Below are positions 27,178 to 37,366 of a stretch of DNA of 64,000 nt, one piece after another (position 1 is the stretch's first letter; each line of letters opens with the position of its first letter). The position numbers and the translations under genes are program-made. This DNA comes from Candidatus Riflebacteria bacterium HGW-Riflebacteria-2 (lineage in GTDB: Bacteria > Muiribacteriota > Ozemobacteria > Ozemobacterales > Ozemobacteraceae), in the NCBI GenBank assembly GCA_002839435.1, contig PGYA01000012.1, positions 1,914-65,913 of the forward strand. The letters are read 5' to 3'. A model generated the notes under the pieces. It did not search any database. It was not told the origin of the DNA and worked only from the letters and a program-made list of their open reading frames with translations.

Positions 27178-27262
27178 CTCCATCTTCTCGTGCTCGTAAT
27201 CGTAATCGGTATCGTAATCGTAATCGGCATTTGGTGGGGGCGCGTCGCGACGCGCCCCTACG
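27178..27262 (-). promoter_or_regulatory. Leader region of lipoprotein 1: GC-rich palindrome plus tandem GATTAC motifs
   Basis: In the sense orientation: CGTAGGGGCGCGTCGCGACGCGCCCCCAC hairpin, then CCGATTACGATTACGATACCGATTACGATTACGAGCACGAGAAGATGGAG, then about 10 nt, then ATG. The same pair of elements recurs at 54148-54282. Confidence 0.4.
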
Positions 27263-27268
27263 GGGTTG

Positions 27269-30200
27269 TTATCGTAATACCGCGATTTTGTGCGTATATT
27301 TGGTCTTTTTACCCCAGTCGTCGGGATCTCTGACCGTGATGCGGGCGAAATACACGCCGTTGGCCACGGCTTTGCCGCCGGTGGCGCGCAGATCCCACAA
27401 TACTTCCTGAACGTGTGTATTGCCCTGTTTGCTGCTGCCACGCAGGCTGAGGTTGCGCTGGTCGGCAACCTTGTGGCCGGCGACGTCGTAGATATTGACT
27501 TCGACTTCGTTCCAGTCGATATCGTTGCGGTTGGTGCTGATGCGCATGCTGGCACGGTTGCGGGCCGGGTTCGGGTATTGCACGACATCATAGATATCCA
27601 GCGGGGGCTGGGCCACGAAGCGCAGTGCCGGGGTGACCGTCATATTGCCGGCCTTGTCGGCGATGCGCAGGCTGATTTCGTGCTCGCCGCCGATCAGGTT
27701 TTCAACCGGCACAAAGTTGGCGGTGATGCCGGCTTTGTCGATCATCAGCGGCTGCAGTTTGCCGTCGAGCATGGCCCAGGCTGAATCACGGTCGAGACCC
27801 GAAGCGAGTTCCTCGAGCTGCCAGCTGAAGGTCGGGCGGGCTTCGCGGATCGGTTCATCGCCGATCTCTGTCGTCATATTGGCGCGCGGCGCCAGAACGT
27901 CTTTCATCATAGCGAAGGTTCCGCCGGTAGTTTCTTCAAAGCTGGCAACTCCATCGCTTACTGCGAAGGCAACTGGTTTCCAGCCTGCCGCCTCGCTGCG
28001 ATACATGCCAATGCCATTGCCGATCTGGCTTTCTTCAAGTTTAAGACTCATTCTGACCGGCTTGATAATGCGCCCGGCCGGAACATTGAGACTGTAAGCG
28101 CTGCCAACTGGCGTCAGTTCAATTGAATTACCGCTGCTGCTGCCGCTCAGACTGCTGCCGCGCAAAGTCGAGCGTTGCTCGGCACTGAGGTCAGCCATAA
28201 TGCTCGGCACGATCGAGGGCAGTGTTGTGTCTTCGCCGACCCTGGCAAGTTCTTCGTGGAGAACTGTAACCACAGAATTGCTCTTAAGCGTTCCAGGTTC
28301 AAACACCACCTCGAAGTTCTCATCAACCGACTTGACCGAAGCTCTTACCGAAGCATTCACATAGGCGGTTGAGAAGCTCATGTTTGAGGTGCCGAGGTTG
28401 CTGGAAGTGTCACGAGCGCTGACTTTTATGGTTGCTACGCCAGGATAGTTAGAATCTAGATGAGCTCCACCAATGAATATCATGCTGTTCGGGCCCGGAT
28501 TCAATATCAGCGAGATGGCTGAGGCTCCGCTCTGGGTGATTGTGGCAGTTGGTGCGCCAGACAGCGCTTCATTGGACTTGACCACTACACTTATGTCGAA
28601 TTCATTAGCCGGGCTGCTGAAGGCACTGATAAGGAGTTCCGGTGGTTTTATGTCGCGACCGAAGAACGGCAGGCTGCTGTTGCTGAGGTTGCCGAAGTTA
28701 TCCTGAACTCCGGTAGCGGTAATTGTATATTCAGTGTCTTCTACGATGTCGTCGCGGCATGAAATAGTTACCGAACTCTTATCAGCCCGAACTGTAACAG
28801 AAAGAATAGTGAGTTCTGTACTGGCAGTGCCGGTCGTGAGCTTATAATTGGAAACTGTTCTAGCCGTAGTTTCTTCGATCTGTTCGCTGAACACGACGTT
28901 GAACTGTTTCTGTGAAGTCAGGCCATCATAGGTGATGGTAGTAATCTCAGGGCCTTTGGTGTCGGCCGTGAAGGTAGCTATGTTGTAGCCAGTTTCAAGT
29001 GGAACACCGTCGAGACTTGGATACCCCACGCTAACAGTTATTGTATAGGCAATTCCATCTGCAAATGGCATGGTAAATGGCAGAGTTACCTTGTTGCCAT
29101 CTATATTGTCTACGGTCATTGCGCCGACAGATATGCCCACCGGCAGGTTTTCGGCAGAAGAGATCGTGAAAGGCGTGCCTGATGCGATGCCTGTGAATAC
29201 ATCATGAGAGAAAGTCAGCAGGGCGGTTCTGTCATTAACCTGTGTGACTCCGGTAACTCTGAAGCGTGAAGTGGTAACTTTGATGTCCACAGTGATACCT
29301 GAGGGGTTGCCGGCCAGGTCAGTTACCGTAACCTGATAGACGCCATCCTGAACAAGCTGCTGGCTAGTGTCTTTCCCGTCCCATAGGGCTGTCAGGTCTG
29401 TTGCACCAGGGCCTCCCTCGAGAAGGATTTCTTTGATCAGCGTCGAGCCGACGGTAATTTTTGCCATTGCAGTGCCCGAAGCGATATCACTCGGATCTGT
29501 CGTGGTAGCTACAATTCTGAGCTTATTAGTGGCGCCCCATGGGCTGAAGCTAGAGACCTCAGTACCGGTATCGTGCCGGTATAGCCTGATGGCTGAGATG
29601 GGAGGCGAAACTGTATCTATTATCAGAGTGGCAGTCGCCTTGCTGTTGGCACCGCTGCCGGTGCCGACGTTGCCGGCGAGATCGACGAGCGAAACCATGT
29701 AATTCCCGTCTTCGAGGCGGCCTGGTGGTGTATTGGTATGTTTACCATCAAAGCTGATCGTATATCCGGTTGTGGTCTGGCCCATCTGATATGTCTCTGT
29801 GGCAACTCCGCTGGTAAGTCGCATTTTTACTGTGTCGCCGCCAGCCGGGCCGGATACGTCTACTTTTACGAATGAGCTGACAATTGGACTGAAGTAAGCG
29901 ACATTGTTTACGGTCTTGACATTGGCGAACTGCCATGAACTAACTTTAGGCTCTTTGCCATCGTAAGTTATTGTGCCGCGCGTGCTGCCTTCGTTGTTGG
30001 CATCGTCGTATACCCGCAGTTCGAAGCTGATCGGGCCAAGCACCCCATAGAAAAGACCAGTAGCAGTAGATTTGCCATCCCAGGCAGCAGTCCCGCTAAG
30101 CCTGTCGGGAGCAAGAGTAAGAGGAATGCTGGCGATTTCTGTGCCATTGGTCGGCTGAATTCTCAGCCAGAGGTCAGTTGCAACCGGTGCCTGTTGAAAG

Positions 30201-33200
30201 GTTACCGTTATGGTCGCAACATAAGGCTCGACATAAGGGCTGAAAGGCTGGTTTACCAGAACAGTATTGTCTTTGGCGGTTGTCTGCTGGTAGGTCGTTA
30301 CTTCGTAACCACTTATAATCGGGCCTTTCGATCTGATCGTGACTGGAATAGAGGCGATTCGGCTGTCGGGATCGTTTGCTCCACGGTTGCCTGCCTCATC
30401 GAAACCGCCAGATACGAAGTAGTAGTATGGCCCACCCTGCAGGGTGTTGGCGTCGAAGTTGGCGGAGTTGGTGAATAGTGCCGTTCTGCCGTCTTGCCAG
30501 TTGCGGAATACAAAGGACATTACGGCTGTGCCGTCGAGCCCAAGCCGCATCTGCGGTTCCAGGGTGCCACTATCACCGCGGTTCATGTCTTCATCAAAGA
30601 TGACTTTGAAATAGCTGCCGGCAGGCATTATGCCGATTGTGTAGGAGCCAAGAGTTGTGTTCGGCTGAATTACATCGATTGCCCTCGGCATTTTGTTATC
30701 GAACACCATCTGCGCTCGCGTGTCATCAAATCCATATTGTGAAACACCGCTGGTTGTTTTCTTGCTCAGGTCAAATGCTTCACTTGCCTGGCCGAAAGCC
30801 GGTGCTCCGACATTGAATATGTCAGTAAAATTGCTTACCTGAACGTATACATCGATTTTCTGGAGATCGCCAGCTTCAGGCAGAGTAGTGTTGGTGTATC
30901 GCGCTACGGTTCGTGTAACACCACCCTGATTATGATCGAGCCAGCTGACGAATTTTCCGGTGTCGATGCGGACATTGTCGGACGATCTGTACAGTTCAAG
31001 AATGGGAACGATATTGCGGGCGATGGGTATGCTTACATCAGCCGACAATGTTGCTGTTTCGAAGGCTACTTCATAGAAGAAGTTGTCAGCAGGATAACCT
31101 TTGAACAGCTTGGTGCTGCTGGCTGTAGTGACCGGGCTGATAGCAACCGTATGAATTCTCGCCGGAGCATAACCTGTTGGCAAATTCTTCTGCAGCAACG
31201 ATGCCTGACCGCTTGTGCCCGGGAAGGCTTCGCTTAAATTGCCCCACAGATCTCTGAATGCGCTGTTCGAGCAGGCCAGGAAAAAGTCGCTGGTTCCCCA
31301 GCTGAGAATAGACTTCAATGCTTCATCGCTAAGCGGAATTCTGATAGTAGTCGAAGCGTAATCATTAAGCTCTGTATAGCTGTTGGCTCCAGTCCACCGA
31401 ACCATAGGATTGGCCTGACTGAGGCTGCCGAGAGATATTGAGCGGCTGTTGGCGGTATCCGCCTTCTCATAGATGTAAACCCTGGAAAGATCTGCGGGCT
31501 GGGTTTTGGTCAAGGACAGGGTACTTTCGTTATGAGCGTCGTTGAATAGTCTGGCTCTTCTGTTCTGTATGTTGATTGTAAGCATCGGAATCCCGCCACT
31601 GAGGTCGAGCAGGCTGCCGGCAGCTACCTGGAAAGGAGTGCTCAGCGGCGTGAGACTGGCAACTACTGCGTTGGTTGGCGTTATCGGCATGACACTATTG
31701 CCCTCTGTGTCGCGTATGAGAGGCGTCAATCCGTTATACGGTGGTGGCTCAAATTCAGTGCCGGTGATCTGCAGGTGAAACTGAGTGCCAAGTCGACCAT
31801 ACTTAAGTGCTATCCAGTCCTGCGCTTCCTGTGAAAGTTCAACTTTTAAAGATCGCAAAGTATTGAGAGTGCTGTACGGGTCAAATGTGTCTGAGGCTAA
31901 AGTGTTGAAGCGATATCTATTGACCCAGGTCTCATTATTTGACGCCCGGTTGCCCCATATTGCGAGATTTTTCAGAGTTGTGTCATCCATTGTCGTGGCA
32001 TCCATATCTTTGTCGAATTCGATATAGAGCTGTTTGCTTATTTCATCGCTGAGATTGGCGACATAGCGCCCGCCAATGAGCTTCGGTCGAGTATAGAAGT
32101 CGTTCGGTATCAGAAGCTGCTGAAGGGTGATGTTGCGCGAAATCGGCTTCAGCCAGTTGCCGGACTCATCTTTTACGACATGAAAGATAGGGTCGAAGCC
32201 GGTTTGTGTGTCATTTGTCGAAAGTGAAATGTAAAGGGTTCTGCGACCCCAGTCGGCGATTATCGTTCTGCTGGGAGAAGCCAGCGTAATCTGCATTGTG
32301 TCGGTGATGCTCTCTGTTATCAGAAGGTCATTATTGGCAAGACTTAGGGCAAAGGCTGTTTTATTGCCTACCTCTATGTTGGTGTGGGCGTTTCTGTATC
32401 CTATCCTGATCTGTTCGATGTCAAAAGTCGCCGGATTTACCGGTTCAGAGAACACCAGGCTCAGGTTCATTCCGTCATAGGTGGCATACGACAGTTCAGG
32501 GCGTTTGCTGTCTACTGCAAGCTGAGTGTATTCGTCGTCTACATAAGCCTTGTTGCCATAACGGTCGACGACATAGATTCTGAAAGTATGGGTGGCGAGG
32601 TCATAATTGCCATTCTCAAGCCGGTAATGCGCATATTTGTTCGGAAAGGTTATGCCCCCATCTGTAGAAAAGCGTGTTGCATTAACTGCATTGGGCTTTA
32701 ATTGATAAGTAGTGGTGGCGCCAATGGGAGAAAGGTCAACATAGGCCTGTCCGTTTGGAAGAGCTTCAGTCAGCTCGACCCAGGCAGATATGCTGTCAGA
32801 TGCGACACCATTGCCGACATTCGCTACCCAGTTCTCCGTATTCTGTGGATTGACAACTTCTACCCGCTGAACAATTGTATTAATATTGATAAGCGGGGGT
32901 TGATTATCGAAAGTCAATGCCGGGCTTGGGACAAGCTTGCCGGAAGTGGTCTGGTTATCGGCATCGTCGGAGACAAAGATTTCATATCTCAGAATGTCGC
33001 CATTGACTATCAGCCATTCACCTTCACCAACTTCAATCGGAACAGCAGTGGTTCCGGTAGCGACCTCAAAGGTGGCCTGCCAGACGTTGGTTCCTGTTAC
33101 CTGAGTAAGGGGTGCTCTGAACACTTCCTGCGAGCCCAGCGAAGTATAAAGAACGACCGTAGCTGAGCCCGGGTCGGTAAAACGTTCAATTTCGGCTTCG

Positions 33201-36200
33201 ACCCTGATTATGTCACCAATGTTGGCGGTGTTGGCAATAAGATTGTCGCCGTTGTTTTCAACTACTATCATTTTTGCGCTGCCGGCTTTGATTCTGGGCA
33301 ACAGTGTGTCTATTCCGAACGGATTGGCCGGATCACATTCTATTACGGAGTTTGCCATGGTCAGCGCAGGGGTGTCAGGGTGTAATACCTTGACCGGAAA
33401 GCTGACTGTATTTGCATCCAGGCCGTAATCACTGGCCGAGGCGACGAATGTGGCAGAGTAGATGTATGGAGCTCCGCTGGCAGGAACATAGCTCAATGGT
33501 GTCCAGTAAGTTCTGATATCTCCATCGTAATATCTGGCAGTTGAATCGTCACTGGTGCTGTTCGTGATAGTGCGAATATCAGCGAGGACTTCTGCAACCG
33601 GATCATTGGCTTCATTGTAAAGCGAAGAGAGAACCGCTGTGATTTTAACGCTGTCGCCAGATGCTATATAGGTGACAGGATTGAGTATGTTGTTGAAGTT
33701 CCGGTCTACGAAGAGATCGGTCCGCGACTGTGGAAATCCTGCAAAAACAGGGGTTTTTGATAAAAACCTTATGGGTATGGTATAGGCGACGGACATGTTC
33801 TTGTTGATGTCAAAGGCGAGAATAACCAAAGAAGAGCGTGTACCTAGACCTTCTGGAACTGTCCATTGATAGGTGTATTCATTTCCACCAGAGGGGTTTG
33901 GCGGAAACAGTGTCGGACTTGGTGCCGTAAGGCCATTTTCATTGAAGAGATTTTCAAAGTCTATCTGTGGCAGAATTCCGTCATGATAATTCAGACGCAC
34001 CTTGATCTGTATTACATCGCCGAGATTGGCTTCGCCCTGGCGGCCGTTATCGACGACAAAGGTGATCGGGTAAATTTCGATTGTCGGTGGGCGATTGTCA
34101 ACGACAACACTGTTGGTCGTGTTGGAGACAACTTCATTGCCGTTAACATCGGTGAGCTTTACGGTAAGATATACTGTTTCGCCGTTTGTTGTGCCGGCTT
34201 TTGGCATGTATTCCTTCTGAACCTGCCATCCGCCCGGTGCAACCAGCGGGGTGACCATGCTGGCGGTGTCAGTATAGCCGAATTTGCTGAGATCAACAGT
34301 AATGGTGCCCATATCATTTGAGCTGCCCTGAATGTTCAGTTCAAGTTTTACCACATCTGTCGCTACAAAGTGTTCGGTTGTATAATAGCCGTCGAGATCG
34401 ACAACTCCATTGTCATTGGTATCAACCACCTGGGTGACGGTGATGCTGTTAACAACCAGGGGCTGGTTATCGACAAAAAGCTGTTCGGTGCTGGCAAGTC
34501 CTCGATTACCTGCGTTGTCGGTGATCTGCACGGTAAATGTCGTGCTGGCACCATCAGTAGTACCGGTAACAACCGTGTGTGTATAACCATAAAGACCGTC
34601 ACCGGCAATACCGTCGTTATTGGCGCCGTCATCAAGCAGTTGCTGAGCAGAACTGCCTCCGATTGCGGTAAGGTTAACCGTTGGTGCGCCACCATCGAGT
34701 CGCCCAAGGTCTACTTTGGCGAGAATACTCACCTTGTCGCCAATATTTACCACGCCCTGTTTCCCTTTGAGATCCTGGAAGGTCGCTGAGGCATATTCGA
34801 TGAAAGGTGGTCGGCAGTCGACTTCGAACGGCGACGACAACGAGTTCATTATGTTTCCCGCCTTGTCTGTAACTGAAGCCCTGAAAATATAGCTGGGATT
34901 TTCGGTTGCAGACTCGAGGCAGTCGTGAATAAGGTAATAACGTCGTAGTATGGCATCGTAACTCATTACGTATGAGCTGGCGCCGCCGACTAATGAGAGA
35001 TCGATCGTGCAGGTTCCAGCATCAGGTTCGTCTACGGGGACTATTAATTCAAGCCGGTCACCGATGTTAACTACTCCTGACTTATTGAGGTCGGTTAGCC
35101 AGTTTACAGCCATTGGACCAACATCGCAGGGACGGTTGTCTATTTTTACCTTTATCGTTCCAGGTCTGCTGTTGCCGGCATTATCAGTAGCGGCAAAGGT
35201 GAAATAATATTCATTGTTGAGAGTTCCGGCAGGAACATCTGTGGTATAACTGTATGAGGCGATACCGTCATAGACCATGTCGACTGCGGCTGCTTCGCCA
35301 AATTCGCTTAAATTAAGCTTTACAGATTCACTGTCATGCACTGAAGCAGATGAGCTGGCGAGCTGAACTCTGAAGGTGACACGATCATTAACTCTTACGA
35401 ACGGATGAGATGGAGTTAGAACCGGATCTGATATGTAGGATGATCCGATGACGAGCGGTGGTTCGTTATCGACCATGACCGGGCTCGATACCGTCTGAAC
35501 CATATTTCCGGAATCATCCACTGCATAAATGGTGAAGGCTACGTTCTGATCATAGGGAAAACCGGTGGTAGGGTCGCCAACAACATGGTCGAGGCGATAG
35601 GTAGTTCCTGAATAAGGAGCCAGAGTGCTGCTGGCAGTTCCCCCTATCCTTTCAAAGTTCACCCATACGCTGCCGTTATCAATGTTGGCGACACTGGCAG
35701 AAATCGCCAACTGGTCGCCATGCCGTATTATCTGATTCGGCCGGGAGACATTCTGAATCTGGGCGCCGCTGAGAGTGGGCGGGGTGTTATCGACATAAAC
35801 TATAGGCAGAATGACCTGACTGATCTGGTTGCCGGCAGTGTCTTTGGCAGTCAGTGTGAAGGCGCGTGGCATGGTGTTTTCAGAGGTATACTGAATTACG
35901 TTGTAGAGAAGCTCAAATGTGGTAGTAGCGGAATTGTTGAACGGAACGATCTGGTTAGCTACACCGCCAATGGCACTAAGATCTACGGTAATGATAACAT
36001 CGTTCATGACGCTCGACATATTGCCGTAAAAGTGCAGCTGGTCGTTGATTATAGCGATGTTGTCGCCGATGATGCCGCCGTTTTCAATCATTGCGACGCC
36101 CATTGGCAGTGAGAATTCTGGTGGTATATTGTCGAGGGCAAGCGGGTTTGATGTGCGCGGATTGCTTGGGTTGCCGGCATCATCCGTAGCTCTAACTTCA

Positions 36201-37180
36201 AAGGTTACGAAATTGCTTTGTAGATCTGGTACGTCGGCGAGGTAGTAGTCATACTGATAAACAGCCTCGGAGCCGGGTGTGTTGCCTGAAACCCTTATCA
36301 TGGTGATTCCGGTCGGGAACAGAGTTGCGTTATACATTACAACCTTGTCGAAGTCATAATTGCCGATAACTGCCTGAATCCTTATGGTATCTCCAGAGGT
36401 TACCCAGCTTTTGCCGGTGGTCATGTTTACGGCTGTAACCGACTGAATTTCAGGTTCAACTGTGTCATAGGAAACAGATAGATCCCAGCTGCGGCTGTTT
36501 CCTGCGTCATCTGTTGCAGCCACGCTTATCGGCGTCGCTGTGCCTTCACGGTTAAGTGGAAAGGTCAGGCTGAGGCGATATACCGGGGATGAATCGGGAC
36601 CACCAACCCTTGACATTATATGACTTGCGCCGAGTCCGATGTTCGTCAGGTTAGCTCTTGGAACGTCGCTGTCAAAAGAAGTGCTCATTTCCATGTCGAT
36701 CTGCAAATTGTCGCCGACCTTATAGACACTGCTGAGACCGGTTGCACCGGTGGTGGAAGGCCCATAAAGCGAATTGGGTCTGCGGTTATCGACCAGCAGA
36801 CTGCCACCTATTCGTACTCCGCCTTCATCGGCGAATTGAAAAGTCTGTACTGTGTTGTTTTCTACGCTGCCCGGAGAAACAGTTAGAAATGCTGAATAAA
36901 AATCGCCTGCTATGTTTACCAGTGGGAAATAGGGGTTCCCGAATGAACTCAGGTTGACATAAGGGTACTGGCTTGGATCAGCAGTGTTGGAACGGCACGT
37001 GAAAGTGATTGTATCACCAATGCCGGCAATGCCGTCACCGTTGAGATCTGAAGACAGTACGGCTGTCTGATTGGTAATGGCAGCCTGTCCTGTTCCTGTC
37101 GCGAACAGCAGGAGGAGCAGTATAAATACTCTCCTGATCAGAGTTTTATTCGATCCAGCGTTTGCCTTTTTTATCGTCAT
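27269..37180 (-). CDS. Giant secreted surface or adhesin-like protein (3303 aa) with T9SS-type C-terminal sorting domain
   Basis: ATG at 37180 with a GGAGGA RBS and signal peptide (the tracker TTG at 37279 is an extension). Dozens of Ig-like, Asp/Gly/Asn-rich repeats. The C-terminal roughly 100 aa matches the T9SS CTD / FlgD-Ig-like consensus: QYPNPA, VNIYDVAGHKVA, WDLR..GK.VANGVYFARI, ...KIAVLR. Confidence 0.8.
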   Translation of the reverse strand: MTIKKANAGSNKTLIRRVFILLLLLFATGTGQAAITNQTAVLSSDLNGDGIAGIGDTITFTCRSNTADPSQYPYVNLSSFGNPYFPLVNIAGDFYSAFLTVSPGSVENNTVQTFQFADEGGVRIGGSLLVDNRRPNSLYGPSTTGATGLSSVYKVGDNLQIDMEMSTSFDSDVPRANLTNIGLGASHIMSRVGGPDSSPVYRLSLTFPLNREGTATPISVAATDDAGNSRSWDLSVSYDTVEPEIQSVTAVNMTTGKSWVTSGDTIRIQAVIGNYDFDKVVMYNATLFPTGITMIRVSGNTPGSEAVYQYDYYLADVPDLQSNFVTFEVRATDDAGNPSNPRTSNPLALDNIPPEFSLPMGVAMIENGGIIGDNIAIINDQLHFYGNMSSVMNDVIITVDLSAIGGVANQIVPFNNSATTTFELLYNVIQYTSENTMPRAFTLTAKDTAGNQISQVILPIVYVDNTPPTLSGAQIQNVSRPNQIIRHGDQLAISASVANIDNGSVWVNFERIGGTASSTLAPYSGTTYRLDHVVGDPTTGFPYDQNVAFTIYAVDDSGNMVQTVSSPVMVDNEPPLVIGSSYISDPVLTPSHPFVRVNDRVTFRVQLASSSASVHDSESVKLNLSEFGEAAAVDMVYDGIASYSYTTDVPAGTLNNEYYFTFAATDNAGNSRPGTIKVKIDNRPCDVGPMAVNWLTDLNKSGVVNIGDRLELIVPVDEPDAGTCTIDLSLVGGASSYVMSYDAILRRYYLIHDCLESATENPSYIFRASVTDKAGNIMNSLSSPFEVDCRPPFIEYASATFQDLKGKQGVVNIGDKVSILAKVDLGRLDGGAPTVNLTAIGGSSAQQLLDDGANNDGIAGDGLYGYTHTVVTGTTDGASTTFTVQITDNAGNRGLASTEQLFVDNQPLVVNSITVTQVVDTNDNGVVDLDGYYTTEHFVATDVVKLELNIQGSSNDMGTITVDLSKFGYTDTASMVTPLVAPGGWQVQKEYMPKAGTTNGETVYLTVKLTDVNGNEVVSNTTNSVVVDNRPPTIEIYPITFVVDNGRQGEANLGDVIQIKVRLNYHDGILPQIDFENLFNENGLTAPSPTLFPPNPSGGNEYTYQWTVPEGLGTRSSLVILAFDINKNMSVAYTIPIRFLSKTPVFAGFPQSRTDLFVDRNFNNILNPVTYIASGDSVKITAVLSSLYNEANDPVAEVLADIRTITNSTSDDSTARYYDGDIRTYWTPLSYVPASGAPYIYSATFVASASDYGLDANTVSFPVKVLHPDTPALTMANSVIECDPANPFGIDTLLPRIKAGSAKMIVVENNGDNLIANTANIGDIIRVEAEIERFTDPGSATVVLYTSLGSQEVFRAPLTQVTGTNVWQATFEVATGTTAVPIEVGEGEWLIVNGDILRYEIFVSDDADNQTTSGKLVPSPALTFDNQPPLININTIVQRVEVVNPQNTENWVANVGNGVASDSISAWVELTEALPNGQAYVDLSPIGATTTYQLKPNAVNATRFSTDGGITFPNKYAHYRLENGNYDLATHTFRIYVVDRYGNKAYVDDEYTQLAVDSKRPELSYATYDGMNLSLVFSEPVNPATFDIEQIRIGYRNAHTNIEVGNKTAFALSLANNDLLITESITDTMQITLASPSRTIIADWGRRTLYISLSTNDTQTGFDPIFHVVKDESGNWLKPISRNITLQQLLIPNDFYTRPKLIGGRYVANLSDEISKQLYIEFDKDMDATTMDDTTLKNLAIWGNRASNNETWVNRYRFNTLASDTFDPYSTLNTLRSLKVELSQEAQDWIALKYGRLGTQFHLQITGTEFEPPPYNGLTPLIRDTEGNSVMPITPTNAVVASLTPLSTPFQVAAGSLLDLSGGIPMLTINIQNRRARLFNDAHNESTLSLTKTQPADLSRVYIYEKADTANSRSISLGSLSQANPMVRWTGANSYTELNDYASTTIRIPLSDEALKSILSWGTSDFFLACSNSAFRDLWGNLSEAFPGTSGQASLLQKNLPTGYAPARIHTVAISPVTTASSTKLFKGYPADNFFYEVAFETATLSADVSIPIARNIVPILELYRSSDNVRIDTGKFVSWLDHNQGGVTRTVARYTNTTLPEAGDLQKIDVYVQVSNFTDIFNVGAPAFGQASEAFDLSKKTTSGVSQYGFDDTRAQMVFDNKMPRAIDVIQPNTTLGSYTIGIMPAGSYFKVIFDEDMNRGDSGTLEPQMRLGLDGTAVMSFVFRNWQDGRTALFTNSANFDANTLQGGPYYYFVSGGFDEAGNRGANDPDSRIASIPVTIRSKGPIISGYEVTTYQQTTAKDNTVLVNQPFSPYVEPYVATITVTFQQAPVATDLWLRIQPTNGTEIASIPLTLAPDRLSGTAAWDGKSTATGLFYGVLGPISFELRVYDDANNEGSTRGTITYDGKEPKVSSWQFANVKTVNNVAYFSPIVSSFVKVDVSGPAGGDTVKMRLTSGVATETYQMGQTTTGYTISFDGKHTNTPPGRLEDGNYMVSLVDLAGNVGTGSGANSKATATLIIDTVSPPISAIRLYRHDTGTEVSSFSPWGATNKLRIVATTTDPSDIASGTAMAKITVGSTLIKEILLEGGPGATDLTALWDGKDTSQQLVQDGVYQVTVTDLAGNPSGITVDIKVTTSRFRVTGVTQVNDRTALLTFSHDVFTGIASGTPFTISSAENLPVGISVGAMTVDNIDGNKVTLPFTMPFADGIAYTITVSVGYPSLDGVPLETGYNIATFTADTKGPEITTITYDGLTSQKQFNVVFSEQIEETTARTVSNYKLTTGTASTELTILSVTVRADKSSVTISCRDDIVEDTEYTITATGVQDNFGNLSNSSLPFFGRDIKPPELLISAFSSPANEFDISVVVKSNEALSGAPTATITQSGASAISLILNPGPNSMIFIGGAHLDSNYPGVATIKVSARDTSSNLGTSNMSFSTAYVNASVRASVKSVDENFEVVFEPGTLKSNSVVTVLHEELARVGEDTTLPSIVPSIMADLSAEQRSTLRGSSLSGSSSGNSIELTPVGSAYSLNVPAGRIIKPVRMSLKLEESQIGNGIGMYRSEAAGWKPVAFAVSDGVASFEETTGGTFAMMKDVLAPRANMTTEIGDEPIREARPTFSWQLEELASGLDRDSAWAMLDGKLQPLMIDKAGITANFVPVENLIGGEHEISLRIADKAGNMTVTPALRFVAQPPLDIYDVVQYPNPARNRASMRISTNRNDIDWNEVEVNIYDVAGHKVADQRNLSLRGSSKQGNTHVQEVLWDLRATGGKAVANGVYFARITVRDPDDWGKKTKYTHKIAVLR

Positions 37181-37288
37181 AGCAATGGTTCCTCCGGGTG
37201 GAACTGATAGTTTTCGACTAGTCAGATAGTTCATCGGCAATTCCTGACGAAATCCGGAGTAAAAAAAATGATATGGCAATATCTGGCT

Positions 37289-37338
37289 AAAAGAGTGGCC
37301 GGCAGATCGATTTTTCGACCTGCCGGCCTATCCCTTTT
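37289..37338. terminator. Intrinsic terminator after lipoprotein gene 2, separating the two giant-gene cassettes
   Basis: Stem GGCCGGCAG / CTGCCGGCC with T-runs on both sides. Confidence 0.5.
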
Positions 37339-37366
37339 TCCCAGTCAATGTGGGAACATCAATTCA

